DNA of 64,000 nt. Origin: Pseudomonadota bacterium (lineage in GTDB: Bacteria; Desulfobacterota; Desulfobacteria; Desulfobacterales; JAHIVH01). Position 1 is the first letter of the stretch. Each line of letters opens with the position of its first letter. Shown here piece after piece: positions 28,780 to 38,969 of the stretch. The position numbers were made by a program, and so were the translations under genes. The notes beneath the pieces are model-generated. The model was not told where the DNA came from and made no database searches. It saw only the letters and a program-made list of their open reading frames with translations. The stretch is taken from assembly GCA_018816735.1 (NCBI GenBank), contig JAHIVH010000085.1, positions 18,066-82,065 of the forward strand, read 5' to 3'.

Positions 28780-29808
28780 ATGAAACTGATCTATTTTCCT
28801 TTCACATATATTTCCGAATCAACTCAGACAGCCATATCTTCTTTTTTCAGGAGAATAGCTGTGTTTCAATCTGATGAAACGGCGTTGCCGGCTTTCATGA
28901 GATCACTATATGCTTCAGGATTTCTGGAAATCATTACTCCTGTAAAAGGAAATGAAACAGCGCTGCAGGATTTGATTTCCTCTTTCAAGATGTGGGGAAA
29001 CGCTCTTGACGATAAAAACCGAACCTATTTCAAGACAAGGAAAGGAGAAGTCCCTTTTTTTACTGAAGTGTCTTCCTCAAAAATCAAAGCCGATTTGAGA
29101 CAGGCCATGAAATCCGGAAAAGACATGGCGTCTCAAAAACCGGAAGAAAAGATGAACCAGAGTGATATCCTGTTGCGGGCGAGAATGATTCTTCAGTTGG
29201 CCCAGGAGCTGGATATAGAGTCAGATGAATTTCAAAACGGCATGCAGAAATACCAGGAAATGGAACATCTGCTTTTTGAAAATATTAAATGCCGGCTCAC
29301 GGAAGATAATACTGAATTGAATAGATACAGGAAAGATATTGATCGTGATACGTCAAAAGAAAATAAACTTGAAGAAAGGATTATGGCATGGTCCTTACTT
29401 CTTCCTTATTGCAAGGAAGAGACAGGAATTTTTATTACCGATAAAAGAGAAGTGGTGAATTTTTTAAAGGAATTCTCGGTTCTGAAGGATATCGCGTTTC
29501 ATGTTGGCCCGATACCCGCAGGGCATAATGATGAAGATGTTTTTACTAAATTTTATGCCGTCCTTGAGGAAACCTTGATTCAACTGGCCAGGGGAAACAT
29601 AACCAACCCGGAGGATATTCAGATTCATCAGCCTGTGTTTGGTGATAATCAGGAAACATGGATGCTGGAGGTCTATCTGGTAAAAGGCGAAAGCGCTGTC
29701 CGGTTTTTTAACAAAGGCCTTGCTATCCACACACCTGTATCTGAAAATATCCTTAATAATAAGGAATCCATGAATACAGTTATTTGCCTGATCCACAGGA
29801 ACAATTAG
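28780..29808 (+). CDS. Hypothetical protein
   Basis: Clean ORF of about 342 aa abutting tmk (an in-frame ATG at 28771 overlaps the tmk stop). No motif recognised. Confidence 0.55.
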   Translation: MKLIYFPFTYISESTQTAISSFFRRIAVFQSDETALPAFMRSLYASGFLEIITPVKGNETALQDLISSFKMWGNALDDKNRTYFKTRKGEVPFFTEVSSSKIKADLRQAMKSGKDMASQKPEEKMNQSDILLRARMILQLAQELDIESDEFQNGMQKYQEMEHLLFENIKCRLTEDNTELNRYRKDIDRDTSKENKLEERIMAWSLLLPYCKEETGIFITDKREVVNFLKEFSVLKDIAFHVGPIPAGHNDEDVFTKFYAVLEETLIQLARGNITNPEDIQIHQPVFGDNQETWMLEVYLVKGESAVRFFNKGLAIHTPVSENILNNKESMNTVICLIHRNN

Positions 29809-29868
29809 AATCTGTGTGTTTATATTGAGTGAACCTTGAAAAAATAAGAAATTTATTTTTAAACCATA

Positions 29869-29896
29869 TTGACAGGCCTTAAAAAATATATATAAG
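29869..29896 (+). promoter_or_regulatory. Candidate strong sigma70 promoter of the ferredoxin gene
   Basis: Consensus -35 TTGACA (29869-29874), a 16-nt AT-rich spacer and -10 TATAAG (29891-29896). This implies a leader of about 135 nt containing a 7-bp hairpin (29945-29966). Confidence 0.5.
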
Positions 29897-30039
29897 AATA
29901 TACCGGTTGTACGAAAGGGAGCTTAAAAAACGTTGAAATTTATTGTTGTTATGTTTCATTAACAACTAAAAACAGACGGTTATAGCCGAAGGCAAACTGT
30001 CAGCTTTATTTAATTACTATAAATGAGGAGGTTTTGAAG

Positions 30040-30228
30040 ATGGGTTATAATCCAGTAGTTGACCAAGATAAATGCACAGGTTGTGAAGAATGCGTTGATG
30101 TATGCCCCGTTGAAGTATTTGAAATGGATGGCGATAAATCAAGCGTTGCTCAGCCGGAAGAATGCCTTGGGTGCGAGAGCTGTGTGGAAGTTTGCGAATC
30201 AGAAGCGATCACCGTCGAGGAATCTTGA
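30040..30228 (+). CDS. 2x[4Fe-4S] ferredoxin (small, acidic)
   Basis: 62 aa from the ATG at 30040, with GAGGAGG 8 nt upstream. Two cluster motifs: CTGCEECVDVCP and CLGCESCVEVCE. Confidence 0.85.
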   Translation: MGYNPVVDQDKCTGCEECVDVCPVEVFEMDGDKSSVAQPEECLGCESCVEVCESEAITVEES

Positions 30229-30243
30229 TCAAAAAGTTTTTTT

Positions 30244-30287
30244 ATATCCCCTGGTTTTTATCAGATCATCAACCAGGGGATATTTTA
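30244..30287 (+). terminator. Rho-independent terminator after the ferredoxin gene
   Basis: Perfect 13-bp stem, atatcccctggtt (30244-30256) pairing with aaccaggggatat (30271-30283), followed by ttt. Confidence 0.8.
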
Positions 30288-30423
30288 AATTCATAAAAAA
30301 AATCAAACAGTTGACTTTCTCTCCTTTATTTGTTCAATTCCATACCGGTTCCTGAATAGTTAAATGCTTTTATTAAGAGCAACTCGCCAAGAGATACTGT
30401 TTTTTTGGAGAAAGAGGCGCTAA

Positions 30424-30966
30424 ATGGACATCAACCAACTCTTTTATCATGTTTTTTCCAGTTCTTTTGGTGAAATCGTTATTGTATTCAAAAACGATAC
30501 TTTTAAATTGAAAACCATTTATCTCCCTGGGTCGCCTTCACAGGCGTTTATCCGTTCATCTGGAGACAAATTTTTAAAAGACGAAAAACCATCTGCGGAT
30601 GTCCAGGCCACCTGCCAGGCTATCAAAAAGTATTTTAACGGATACGCCATTGATATACCCTGGAAAATCCTTGATTTGTCAACGATGACCGATACCCAGA
30701 AAGGGGTTTTAAGAGCCACGGCAGATATCCCATATGGTGAAGTAAGATCATACCGGGAAATTGCCATATCCGTCGGAAGGCCCAAAGCCTGCAGGTTTGT
30801 TGGAAATACCCTGGCCAAAAATCCTTTTCCTGTCCTGATCCCCTGTCACAGGGTGATCCGGAGTGACCATTCATTTGGCCAATTCGGTGGCGGCGCAGAA
30901 TTAAAGAAAAAAATGATTCAGCTTGAAAAAAATCATCAGAACAGGTATCAGCGGAACCTGAAATAA
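30424..30966 (+). CDS. ogt: Methylated-DNA--protein-cysteine methyltransferase
   Basis: Active-site IPCHRVI and the helix-turn-wing YGEVRSYREIA. Confidence 0.9.
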   Translation: MDINQLFYHVFSSSFGEIVIVFKNDTFKLKTIYLPGSPSQAFIRSSGDKFLKDEKPSADVQATCQAIKKYFNGYAIDIPWKILDLSTMTDTQKGVLRATADIPYGEVRSYREIAISVGRPKACRFVGNTLAKNPFPVLIPCHRVIRSDHSFGQFGGGAELKKKMIQLEKNHQNRYQRNLK

Positions 30967-31018
30967 AAATCGGATGATTTGGTTTAAAATATCCGGCTGG
31001 ACCCATACAGGAGGAAAC

Positions 31019-31540
31019 GTGGCTGTATCACAAAAGCGACCCATAAGCATTCAGGATGCAAGCGAGCAATTGGTGTCTTTTGCCATTGATCGAGAAGATC
31101 TGAAGCTTATTATCGATTCACTTCCGGATGATCAGGGTATTAATACCATATCGCTTGATTATGAACTGCAGATTTTAAAAATTATCAGCGTGGGCTGGAG
31201 TATTTCCGTATATATGGACGGACAGCAGAATAAGGCAGAACTGGCAGAAACATTCTGGAAATCAATCCATGAATTTTCAAAGAATATCTCAGAAGTTTCC
31301 TATTTGACGATTGGAAAGGATATTGATTATTTCCAAATCATCAGGGACCGATTGGATTTTTATGTCAGTTCTCTTAATAACGCGGGAAAAGATGGAGATC
31401 CGGCTGCCTTTATAGGTGGTGCATTTGCGGGAAACTGTAAGGACATGGATAATCCTTTTGTTGCCATAACAGGGTCACGGATATTTCACTTGGCGGCCAT
31501 AGGGGTAAAAGAATATCTGGCGTCCATTGACGTTCAATAA
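31019..31540 (+). CDS. Hypothetical protein
   Basis: ORF in the track from 30974. The GTG at 31019 is preceded by AGGAGG at 4-5 nt, so I prefer it. No motif recognised. Confidence 0.5.
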   Translation: MAVSQKRPISIQDASEQLVSFAIDREDLKLIIDSLPDDQGINTISLDYELQILKIISVGWSISVYMDGQQNKAELAETFWKSIHEFSKNISEVSYLTIGKDIDYFQIIRDRLDFYVSSLNNAGKDGDPAAFIGGAFAGNCKDMDNPFVAITGSRIFHLAAIGVKEYLASIDVQ

Positions 31541-31566
31541 CAGGTTTTTTAAAAGGAGGATATCTA

Positions 31567-32589
31567 TTGAAGCTCGGAATTATTGGACTTGAAGGCGCAG
31601 GGAAATCAACGGTATTTGAAGCGTTGACCGGAAATATTCAGGGTGAAGGCCACAAGGGAGAATCGCGGATTGCTGTCGTTAAAGTTCCGGATAATCGTGT
31701 TGATCTGCTTTCAGAGATGTATAAGCCCCGTAAAACCATCTTTGCTCAGGTGGAATATTTTCTTCCTGCCAAAACAGGCATTAAAAAAGATCAAAATATG
31801 TGGGTATCTGTAAGGGATTGTGATGCGTTTATCCTGGTTGCAAGAAATTTCAGTCAATATGGGGTTGAAGAAGCGAAACCGGTTCAAGATTGTCTTGCGA
31901 TCGACCAGGAAATGATTATTTCCGATCAGGTGGTTGTCGAAAAGCGGATGGAGCGGATGGAGCTGGACAGCAAAAGAGGAAAACCAGTCAACCCTGATGA
32001 AATGACGCTTCTTAATAAATGTCTGACACTTCTTGAAAGTGAAACACCTTTAAGAAATGATCCTGAAATCGCCTCCTCTCCCTTATTGAGAGGCTATGCA
32101 TTTGTATCTGCCAAACCTGTCCTCGTTCTTTTTAATAATAATGATGAAGATGATAATCTGCCTGGCGCAAGCCATACGGATTTAAACAACATATCGATGA
32201 TCATCAAGGCAAAACTGGAGCAGGAATTGTCCCAGATGACCGAAGGCGAGGCCGAAGATTTTTTAAAAGAGTTCAATATATCGGTAACCGCTCGCGACCG
32301 TGTCATTCAAAGGTCTTATGATCTTTTAGGATTAATTTCATTTTTTACAGTAGGAGAAGACGAGGTCCGGGCCTGGACAATTAAAAAAAGCACAGATGCG
32401 GTAGATGCTGCGGAAGTCATTCATTCGGATATCAAAAAAGGGTTCATACGGGCAGAAGTTCTTTCCTATCAGGACCTGATGGATGCCGGGACCTATCCGG
32501 AAGCAAGAAAGAAAGGAACCGTCAGGCTGGAAGGAAAGACCTACAAGGTTCAGGATGGGGATATCATCAATTTCAGATTTAATGTTTGA
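31567..32589 (+). CDS. ychF: YchF/OLA1-like P-loop GTPase/ATPase
   Basis: G1 motif GLEGAGKST and the C-terminal TGS-like/DUF933 tail IHSDIKKGFIRAEV...EGKTYKVQDGDIINFRFNV. TTG start according to the track. Confidence 0.8.
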   Translation: MKLGIIGLEGAGKSTVFEALTGNIQGEGHKGESRIAVVKVPDNRVDLLSEMYKPRKTIFAQVEYFLPAKTGIKKDQNMWVSVRDCDAFILVARNFSQYGVEEAKPVQDCLAIDQEMIISDQVVVEKRMERMELDSKRGKPVNPDEMTLLNKCLTLLESETPLRNDPEIASSPLLRGYAFVSAKPVLVLFNNNDEDDNLPGASHTDLNNISMIIKAKLEQELSQMTEGEAEDFLKEFNISVTARDRVIQRSYDLLGLISFFTVGEDEVRAWTIKKSTDAVDAAEVIHSDIKKGFIRAEVLSYQDLMDAGTYPEARKKGTVRLEGKTYKVQDGDIINFRFNV

Positions 32590-32608
32590 ATTGTGAAAGG
32601 AAAATCGT

Positions 32609-33295
32609 TCAGGCCTGAAACTGAATTGATGACAGATAAGATAGCGTTGCAGAATATTCAGGAGTATGTGGCTGCTTATTTTTCTCCCGGTAGAAAGACT
32701 TAAGGTCATCCAGCGTATCAATATCCTGCAACCCAGGCAATTTTTTCACTGAAAGTCCCTTTTTTTCACAAATTTCCAACGTTTTTTCCAAAACGGTTTC
32801 CGTTCCCCATGGCAGATGTTGAAATACACTTTGGGAAAACGTATCCTTTCTAAAGCCGATCAGATAGTACCCCCCATCAAAGGAAGGGCCAATGACCATA
32901 TCGGATTCTGTCAAATTCTGTTGCGCGGTTTCGATAATTTCAGGTCTGATATGCGGGCAGTCTGTGCCAATAAGCACACTCCTTAAAAAACCAAAGGAAA
33001 AGGTTTCCCGGAAAGCATGGTCCATTTTTTCTCCCAGGTCGGTTCCTATCTGGGGATGCATGTCGTGGGAGATGTCAAGCCAGTTACGGAGTTCATCTTC
33101 TGCATCATCCGGGTCAAAGTAGATCACTACCGGGAAACCGGTTCGTTCGACGGCTTGCAGCACATCTATTACAAAAAATTTGTAAAGCGCAAGCACCGTG
33201 TCATCGCCCAGTGTTTTGGCAAGTCTTGTTTTTACTTTTCCTTTCCGGGGTGCACGTAAAAAAAGGATGACACAGGCGCTTGTTTCCTTGATCAT
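32609..33295 (-). CDS. DUF2064-family (TIGR04282-like) glycosyltransferase-fold protein
   Basis: N-terminus ILFLRAPRKGKVKTRL and an internal GPSFDGGYYLIG are the DUF2064 pattern as I recall it. Confidence 0.65.
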   Translation of the reverse strand: MIKETSACVILFLRAPRKGKVKTRLAKTLGDDTVLALYKFFVIDVLQAVERTGFPVVIYFDPDDAEDELRNWLDISHDMHPQIGTDLGEKMDHAFRETFSFGFLRSVLIGTDCPHIRPEIIETAQQNLTESDMVIGPSFDGGYYLIGFRKDTFSQSVFQHLPWGTETVLEKTLEICEKKGLSVKKLPGLQDIDTLDDLKSFYREKNKQPHTPEYSATLSYLSSIQFQA

Positions 33296-33300
33296 TCGTA

Positions 33301-33825
33301 TTACTCTATTTTGTCCACATCATGCTTGGCACCTTTCCAGGCGTAAATACCGCCAGGATATCTGTAGACATTTTTATATCCCAGCTTTTTGGCCCACATG
33401 CCACCATTGTGGCTTCTTGTGCATTTTACAAAACCGCAGTAGACAACAATTACTTTGTCCATATCATTGCCAAGAAGCGCTTTATAATCATCCATGCTCT
33501 TTCCGCTGGTTTCCTTTTTATCCCATTCCATCATGTCCGGAATGGGAAACAAAAACTGCTTTGCGCCAGGAACATGGTTTTTCACATAACTTGCTTCATA
33601 AGGCATGGTATCCACAATGATCATATCTTTTTTATTATCAATCCATTGTTTCAGTTCCTCTGTCGAAACCACATCATAACCACCTCTTTGCACTTCACGC
33701 AAGAGTTTAATGGCTTCCTGTTCCTTTGCAACTTCCTTTTCAAAAAGATCATCAGCCATCGCAAACGATGACAGCAGACATGCCATCAGAAAAGCATATC
33801 CGGTAAATTTAATCATGTGTGTCAT
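33301..33825 (-). CDS. Secreted rhodanese-domain protein
   Basis: Signal peptide (FLMACLLSSFAMA). Rhodanese active-site region VVYCGFVKCTRSHNG and GGIYAWKGA. Confidence 0.75.
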   Translation of the reverse strand: MTHMIKFTGYAFLMACLLSSFAMADDLFEKEVAKEQEAIKLLREVQRGGYDVVSTEELKQWIDNKKDMIIVDTMPYEASYVKNHVPGAKQFLFPIPDMMEWDKKETSGKSMDDYKALLGNDMDKVIVVYCGFVKCTRSHNGGMWAKKLGYKNVYRYPGGIYAWKGAKHDVDKIE

Positions 33826-34327
33826 TTAAAATCCTCCTTTGGGTATTAAAATGTAATGGGTTGATATTTATTTTTTTCGGTTTTATTTGCCGAACGCATC
33901 GATAAATATACAGATAAATAATTCCTGAAATCATAACCATATCCCGGTAAAGGGCATATCGCAGGTCATGGAATGCAACCTGCTCCGGGTCATCCGGTCC
34001 AAAGCAACCACAGTCAACGTCAAGCCCCATGTGAATGCCATAGGCCAGAATGATGATAAAAAGGATGAGCAGACAGGCTATCAGGAAAAGGCTTCCCCGA
34101 ATATCAAAGATGAGACCGGCACCTGCCATGATCTCAAGGCCGGCTAAAGTGAATGCCGCAAACAGTGTCAATTGCCCGGGGAGTATGCCGTAAGCATCGA
34201 TGATAACAGAAAATAACTGGGGGTTCCCGATCTTGGTGATTCCTGAGTATAAAAAAACAAGGCCTATCACCAGTTTTAAAGTCGTGTAAAAAAGTTGGGA
34301 TATGGAAATTCCTTCCTTTGTGATCAT
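33809..34327 (-). CDS. MauE/DoxX-like redox-associated membrane protein
   Basis: Four predicted TM helices and the loop motif DCGCFG. Overlaps the rhodanese gene start. I prefer the ATG at 34327 over the TTG at 34366. Confidence 0.65.
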   Translation of the reverse strand: MITKEGISISQLFYTTLKLVIGLVFLYSGITKIGNPQLFSVIIDAYGILPGQLTLFAAFTLAGLEIMAGAGLIFDIRGSLFLIACLLILFIIILAYGIHMGLDVDCGCFGPDDPEQVAFHDLRYALYRDMVMISGIIYLYIYRCVRQIKPKKININPLHFNTQRRILNDTHD

Positions 34328-34550
34328 TATGCCACCAGTTCCAAATGAATAAGTTTTGCAACTCAAATCACGGATTTCTGGTGGTGTCCAATTTATAATA
34401 TCAATGCAGAACAGATCCGGTATCGTTTTTTTTGATATGGGATTTCAAACAGCCATGATGAGTGGTATTTATAATTGACTATGTCTTGACGCAGTTATCG
34501 CTGATATCTATATTCAGCTAATAAACCATTTTTTCCTGAACAGGGGAGAT

Positions 34551-34751
34551 ATGAAAAAAGAAGATACGGCAGACAATCATTTAAAGGGAACATTTCAAAC
34601 CATGCCCGGTATAAAGGGGAAAATATTTATCCCCTGCAAGGAAGCCCCCTCTCTCCCCAAAAAGCACCCCTGTAAGGACTGTTTCTCCTGCCAGCAATGC
34701 GGAGACGATCGTTGCCAGCTTTGCCGAAGCAAGAAGCCGGTAAAGGAATAG
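34551..34751 (+). CDS. Small basic Cys-rich protein (hypothetical)
   Basis: 66 aa with C-terminal CKDCFSCQQCGDDRCQLC (CxxCxxCxxCx4CxxC). No family recognised. Coding status unproven. Confidence 0.4.
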   Translation: MKKEDTADNHLKGTFQTMPGIKGKIFIPCKEAPSLPKKHPCKDCFSCQQCGDDRCQLCRSKKPVKE

Positions 34752-34889
34752 CGTCAATGAAGTGATCATATTGGCAGGAAAAAGAGATTTGTCTGTTAAA
34801 AATAATATTAATGGTTGATCATTTCGGGGGCTGTGATATGCATATATGAATGCAAAATCATAAAATTAAATGGGGGGAGTATTGAACTG

Positions 34890-37127
34890 ATGTTCACGTT
34901 TAAAAAAATCAGATCAAGGCTTATTGTTATGGGAATGACACTCAGCGCTTTGCCGCTGGTCATCCTGTCAGTGGTGACGGTTTATCAGGGAAACGCAATG
35001 ATCAGGATTTCGGAGAACGAGACATCACAGCTTGCCATCAATGATCTGGACCATATCCTGAAAGGTGTTTACGCCATGTGTCAGGCCCATCAGGAACTGG
35101 TTCAGGTCAGTGTCAATAATTCACTTAATGTTGCCAGGGACGTCCTTGAGAGTTCAGGAGAAATCAACCTTTCCCTGGATACCATCGAATGGGATGCGGT
35201 CAATCAGTATAATAAGGAGTCTTTGCATATCACCCTTCCCCGATTCATGGTAGGCTCCCGGTGGATAGAAAAAAACAGTGATATGAATGTCAATTCCTCG
35301 GTTGTGGATAAAATAAAGCGCCTGGTTGGGGGCACCTGTACCATATTTCAGCGGATGAACGATGACGGGGATATGTTGAGAATCTGCACCAATGTGATTC
35401 AGAAGGACGGTCGTCGTGCGATTGGAACATATATCCCCAGGACAAATCCGGATGGTACGCCTAACCCTGTGGTATCAACCGTGTTAAAAGGAGAAATCTT
35501 CAGGGGACGGGCATACGTGGTCGATCGCTGGTATATCACAGCTTATGCACCGATTTATGAAGGCAGTGTTTCAGATAGTGACGATTTGGAGGGGAAGAAA
35601 ATCATCGGTGCATTATATGTGGGCATCCCTCAGGAGAGCGTCTCAAGCCTGCGGGAGGCGATAATGGATTTAAAGGTGGGCGATACCGGATACGTATATG
35701 TTTTGGACTCTAAAGCTGCTTACGTTATCTCAAAAGATGGAAAGCGGGATGGTGAAAGCTTGTGGGATGCAACAGATTTAAAGGGTGATTTCCCGGTCAG
35801 GCAGATCGTAGGAAAGGCGCTCGCTTCCAGCGAAGGTGAAATTGTCGAGCATATGTACGACTGGAAAAATCCGGGAGATAATCATATAAGAACAAAGCTG
35901 GCACGAATCACTTACTTCAAGCCTTGGGACTGGGTGATAGGTGTCGGGTCCTATACGGATGAATTGAATAAATCAACCCAGAAAATGAAAGCGACAGGCA
36001 AAAAAATATTGGAAACCATGGGAGGAATTTTTGCAGGTATACTCATTGTCGCTTTCTTCATATGGATAGTGGTATCAAAAGGCATATCCACACCGATCAT
36101 CCAAAGCGCACGTTACGCTGAAACAATGGCAGATGGCGATTTCAGCCAATCCATTTCATTCCTCCAGAAGGATGAAATCAGTATTTTGGGGAAATCCCTG
36201 AATCATGTGTCAAAAAGCCTTTCCGAAATGATCCGGATCATTTCGGATAATACAAAGGCCCTTACAGAATCATCAACCGAACTTAATGAATTGGCTGAGA
36301 AAATGAAGAGCGGAGCGGAAAAAACATCACGGCGTTCAAGTTCTGTTGCAACATCCGCAAACGAGATGAGTTTGGAGCTTTCTGCCGTATCTGCATCATC
36401 CGAGCAGGCATCCTCAAGTATCAGCCTGATTTCCACTTCAACGGCACAGCTTACCTCAACTGTAAAGGACATATCTCAAAATGCAGAAAAGGCACGGACT
36501 ATTGTTCTGAATGCCGTTTCACAGGCGGCGAACGCTTCGAGCAAAGTAGATGAGCTGGGGGTGGCAACCGACGAAATCAGCAAGGTGAATGCTGTGATTT
36601 CCGATATTTCAGAACAGACCAACCTGCTTGCCCTGAATGCAACGATCGAAGCTGCCCGCGCAGGTGACGTGGGTAAAGGGTTTGCGGTTGTGGCCAATGA
36701 AATAAAGGAGCTGGCCAGGCAGACAGCTGAAGCCACCCATGTAATCAAGACGCGTATATCGGGGATTCAGATGTCTACGCATTCGACGGTTCAGACAATT
36801 GGTGGAATATCGGCCGTCATTAACGAAGTAAATGACATTATTTCTTCCATTGCAGCTGCCATAGAGGAACAATTGGCTTCCACAAATGAAATATCGGAAA
36901 ACATTTTTCAAACCGCACAGGGGATACAGGAAATCAATGATATTATTGCCACCAGTTACCGGTCATCATCGGATATTTCAAAGAATATCGCTGATGTGGA
37001 CAAGGAGGCATTGGAATTTGTTGAGAGCAGCAACAATCTGAACACAAAGGCCGAATCCCTTTCCGCCATATCGGAAGAACTGAAACAGCGAATCGAGCAG
37101 TTCAGGATTTCCGGAAAGAAAACATGA
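34890..37127 (+). CDS. Methyl-accepting chemotaxis protein with a Cache-type periplasmic sensor
   Basis: TM1, then a Cache_3/Cache_2-like block ([23 protein letters not shown]...GRRAIGTYI...[17 protein letters not shown]...GALYVGIPQ). TM2, HAMP and the MA signalling hairpin ([35 protein letters not shown]) follow. Confidence 0.9.
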   Translation: MFTFKKIRSRLIVMGMTLSALPLVILSVVTVYQGNAMIRISENETSQLAINDLDHILKGVYAMCQAHQELVQVSVNNSLNVARDVLESSGEINLSLDTIEWDAVNQYNKESLHITLPRFMVGSRWIEKNSDMNVNSSVVDKIKRLVGGTCTIFQRMNDDGDMLRICTNVIQKDGRRAIGTYIPRTNPDGTPNPVVSTVLKGEIFRGRAYVVDRWYITAYAPIYEGSVSDSDDLEGKKIIGALYVGIPQESVSSLREAIMDLKVGDTGYVYVLDSKAAYVISKDGKRDGESLWDATDLKGDFPVRQIVGKALASSEGEIVEHMYDWKNPGDNHIRTKLARITYFKPWDWVIGVGSYTDELNKSTQKMKATGKKILETMGGIFAGILIVAFFIWIVVSKGISTPIIQSARYAETMADGDFSQSISFLQKDEISILGKSLNHVSKSLSEMIRIISDNTKALTESSTELNELAEKMKSGAEKTSRRSSSVATSANEMSLELSAVSASSEQASSSISLISTSTAQLTSTVKDISQNAEKARTIVLNAVSQAANASSKVDELGVATDEISKVNAVISDISEQTNLLALNATIEAARAGDVGKGFAVVANEIKELARQTAEATHVIKTRISGIQMSTHSTVQTIGGISAVINEVNDIISSIAAAIEEQLASTNEISENIFQTAQGIQEINDIIATSYRSSSDISKNIADVDKEALEFVESSNNLNTKAESLSAISEELKQRIEQFRISGKKT

Positions 37128-37381
37128 CCTGTTTGTGCCCTGGAAGGTGTCGCCCATCCCAACAAGGTCATTCAAACCCTGATGGAATATTACAAAAACG
37201 TATATATTGTGATTATAACAATCCAAAATTGTTATTAATTAACAAATCAGAAGACCATTTGGTCGGCCACTCTTTTTCGTAAAAATAGATTTAATAAATC
37301 ATTAATTCAATGATGCAGTGGCATTTATTCGAAGTGCTCTTGAGGATAGTTTATGAGTTTGGTTAAAAAAAGGGGGGTGAC

Positions 37382-37816
37382 ATGGTAAAATTTGAAACCG
37401 TTTCAAAACAGAAAACAGCATATGTAAGCAATCTGAACTGGCAAACATGGCTGAAGCATGGCGATCAATACCTGAAGGCAGCAACATCCAAAGGGGAAAC
37501 AAGCCGTTTTGGTGCGGATATAAGATACAATTTACTTTCTCTGTCCTTGGAAGGTTATGTCATGGCGATCCTTGATTATCATAAACGACTGCCTGATAAC
37601 CATACCTATACGGATCTTATTGATGCCCTCGAAATAGTCATGCCACTTGATCCAGGCCTTAAAAGTCGTATTTTGCAATATGAAAATATTCAGTCTATTT
37701 GCTCAATCGATAAGTATCAACGCAATGCGCCAACAGAAGAAGAATTGTCGGATTTAAAAGGTGCGATTGTTGAGATAGGCAACATTGCCCATCAAATAAT
37801 ACGTGTATCTTTATAA
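37382..37816 (+). CDS. Hypothetical helical protein
   Basis: 144-aa ORF with GGGGG/GGTGA upstream. Contains one RLPDNH (R-x4-H) motif but nothing else diagnostic. Confidence 0.5.
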   Translation: MVKFETVSKQKTAYVSNLNWQTWLKHGDQYLKAATSKGETSRFGADIRYNLLSLSLEGYVMAILDYHKRLPDNHTYTDLIDALEIVMPLDPGLKSRILQYENIQSICSIDKYQRNAPTEEELSDLKGAIVEIGNIAHQIIRVSL

Positions 37817-38063
37817 GATAATCGATTTCCTGATCCTCATCCTATACGGCTCTAAAGCATTTTCTTCAAGCTGTCGTATGCATTGATGTACGACTATCCC
37901 TTTATCCCGGTTTCGATTAACCATTCAGTAAATTTAATTGATTTATATTTTCATTGTGATATGCACGAATGTAAAATTTTAAAATTCGAATATATCTGTT
38001 TGATCTGATGTTTATAATTTTAAAATAATCGCACAGGCGTATTATCATGCTTCAAGGGAAAAA

Positions 38064-38948
38064 ATGAAACAGTTGAAGAACAAAGTGGCGGCTATAACGG
38101 GCGCTGCTTCAGGCATCGGCAGGATGTTGGCCATTCGGTTGGCTTATGAAGGCAGCCATCTGGCGATCTCGGATATCGATGAAACCGGCCTGATGGCAAC
38201 GAAAAAAATGATCGGAGATCATATCAATATATCCACCCATGTGGCGGATGTGGGAATTTACGAACAGGTATGCCGGTTTGCAGAAGAGGCCGTGGCATAC
38301 CACGGAAAGGTCGATCTCCTCATCAATAATGCCGGTGTCAGCCTGACAGATTTTCTGGAAACGGTTCCTTTGGAAGATTTCAAGTGGCTCATGGACATCA
38401 ATTTCTGGGGCGTGGTGCATGGCACGATGGCCTTTCTTCCCTTTTTGAAAAGACGTCCGGAAGGCCACATCGTCAATATATCAAGCATTTCGGCAATGCT
38501 CCCCAACCCGAATAACGGCCCGTATTGCGCGGCAAAATCCGCTGTCAAAGGATATACCGAGACCCTGTACCAGGAGCTTATGGAAACAAACATTCATGTG
38601 AGTTGTGTCCATCCGGGCGGGATAAAAACCAATCTCGGGCGAAATGCCCGTGTAAACCGGACATTATCTGACATATCCAAAGAGACAGCAGTTGAACTGT
38701 GTGACAAAGAGGTATTTATTACAACGGCGGAACAGGCGGCAAAAACTATTATTGCCGGGATCAAACGAAATAAAAGACGGATAATAACAGGGATTGATGC
38801 AAAAGTAATCGACATTCTGACGCGCCTGTTTCCGCAAACCATGATCAGCCTGTGTGCCATTTCATCTAAAAGACTGGCAAAGAAATATGCAGATCTGCAA
38901 GGAGCAGATCGGGCCATCCGACCGAGTTCCGTTCATCTCCCCTTTTAA
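38064..38948 (+). CDS. Short-chain dehydrogenase/reductase (SDR), paralogue 1
   Basis: TGAASGIGR cofactor motif, NNAG, and catalytic NISS...YCAAK. 294 aa. Confidence 0.9.
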   Translation: MKQLKNKVAAITGAASGIGRMLAIRLAYEGSHLAISDIDETGLMATKKMIGDHINISTHVADVGIYEQVCRFAEEAVAYHGKVDLLINNAGVSLTDFLETVPLEDFKWLMDINFWGVVHGTMAFLPFLKRRPEGHIVNISSISAMLPNPNNGPYCAAKSAVKGYTETLYQELMETNIHVSCVHPGGIKTNLGRNARVNRTLSDISKETAVELCDKEVFITTAEQAAKTIIAGIKRNKRRIITGIDAKVIDILTRLFPQTMISLCAISSKRLAKKYADLQGADRAIRPSSVHLPF

Positions 38949-38969
38949 AATCAAATACGGCCCGTATTC

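Noticed and set aside
29945-29966. The shared heptamer pair GTTGTTA/TAACAAC in the ferredoxin leader and at 54773-54789, considered as a common operator.
   Set aside because: The half-sites are arranged in opposite order, and the spacing is 8 nt versus 3 nt. A 7-mer coincidence in AT-rich intergenic DNA is plausible, so no shared regulon is claimed.
34551-34751. The small Cys-rich ORF considered as a SCIFF/ranthipeptide-type RiPP precursor.
   Set aside because: There is no adjacent radical SAM maturase, peptidase or exporter. The nearest rSAM gene is 20 kb away in an unrelated context.
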